A stretch of DNA of 64,000 nucleotides from positions 11,284,001 to 11,348,000 of the forward strand of contig OU015566.1 in the NCBI GenBank assembly GCA_907165135.1, given 5' to 3'. The position numbers and the translations under genes were made by a program. Positions 63,055 to 64,000 of the stretch are shown piece after piece. The notes under the pieces are model-generated. The model had not been told where the DNA came from. It worked only from the letters and a program-made list of their open reading frames with translations, and searched no databases. How positions within the stretch are numbered: the stretch's first letter is position 1; every line of letters begins with the position of its first letter. Origin of the DNA: Oikopleura dioica (Eukaryota; Animalia; Chordata).

Positions 63055-63900
63055 ATGAAAAAGATAACGCCCACTCGTTCGAATCCTCAGCTGGCTCATA
63101 ACCTTGTTAGAGAAAAAAAGAGAAAACGATCGACTTCTGAAATCGATCGTGCTCTGAGGCTCGGGCGTTTTTTTCAGGTTGTTTTTGTGTGTATACCCAA
63201 GTTACGCATACATTTTATTTTACACCTTTTTCTATATTCTTTCACGACTTTTATAAAGACGAGTACTTCGGCCCAGTTGTTGAAGGATTAGATGCAATCA
63301 AAGGTAATTTTATAATTAAGGTAGTTGCTGAAATAACTGTTTATTTTAGGCGTAGCAAGGCCAGGTGCAGATTTGCTCAGAGAGTTCAAAAACGACTTCT
63401 TTTCAAAATTCAATGTGGAGAAAGAATTCAAAGACTTTGAAACCATCGTCGAGGAAAATAAGAAACAAGAAAATTCTAGCAATGATGATGACCCGCTTCC
63501 AGACGGAAAATTACCAGCTACAGTCGCTGCGGCGATTTTTCTTTCGGGGGTAAGGGAGAATAAAAATAGCAGATTTTTTTTAAGGATTTATATTTTGAAT
63601 TCATGGAATTGAAGATTTATAATTTAGAAAGAAGATGAAAGTGACGCAAAGAAAGATTTCGAGGGAAAAGATTTGGCGAGTATGGCGCTCGAATTGGAAG
63701 AGCTTCGAAATGAACTTGCGGTGAGTCGATCGATCACTTATGAGAATCGAGAGGCGCTTATGAACGATCATTAGAATGCGTTACGCGAGCGGAGAATCTA
63801 CGAAGAAAGACTCGCGAAATCTGACAACGATTTTGCGGAAGTTCAGAAGGAGAGACAAGAGCTGCTCAGTACTATTAGACGATTACAAGATCTTGCTAGG
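63055..63900 (+). CDS. Coiled-coil protein, unknown; probably continues past the window end
   Basis: GT-AG joined exons DEYFGPVVEGLDAIK|GVARPGADLLREF...LSG|KEDES...LELEELRNELA|NALRERRIYEERLAK...LQDLAR. Confidence 0.55.
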
Positions 63901-64000
63901 TGAATTTTATTTTTGTATCAATAAAGAGGTTATTTAATTAACGCTCCATGCGCTTTTTTATACCATTTTTTTGTGTTAAATGGAGATTGACTGAATTTTG

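Noticed and set aside
63077-63086. GTTCGAATCC tRNA T-loop-like motif
   Set aside because: No acceptor stem, D arm or anticodon arm; it lies within a probable coding exon.

Overview
Eukaryotic DNA from a very compact animal genome. Introns are mostly 30-60 nt, several have non-GT donors, and co-oriented genes are tightly packed with splice acceptors just before the ATG. This fits an appendicularian tunicate such as Oikopleura (an inference from gene structure only). The left two-thirds (1-45 kb) holds mostly secreted, membrane and cytoskeletal genes: a Thr-rich/PAN/ZP protein, a minimal Delta-like Notch ligand, a CUB protein, Pim kinase, myosin regulatory light chain, a talin-rod-only protein, cathepsin L, kinesin light chain, a meprin-like astacin-MAM-MATH-EGF protease and a C-type lectin. 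Five short non-autonomous DNA-transposon-like elements are interspersed there; four have clean target-site duplications (hAT-like, Kolobok-like, MULE/Foldback-like, Tc1/mariner-like). The right third (45.5-61.7 kb) is an operon-like run of eight minus-strand housekeeping genes (AKR, HINFP, CDC40, TMEM222, COX10, EXOC3, ILF2, GLD-2/TENT2-like) in which I saw no such elements. Most notable: a headless, tail-less talin rod protein; a Delta-like ligand with a furin-like repeat and only two EGF repeats; a Foldback-like insertion that duplicates a splice acceptor of the meprin-like gene; and a GA-AG intron inside the astacin zinc-binding motif. All calls come from reading the sequence by eye, and reference proteins are recalled from memory, not searched.
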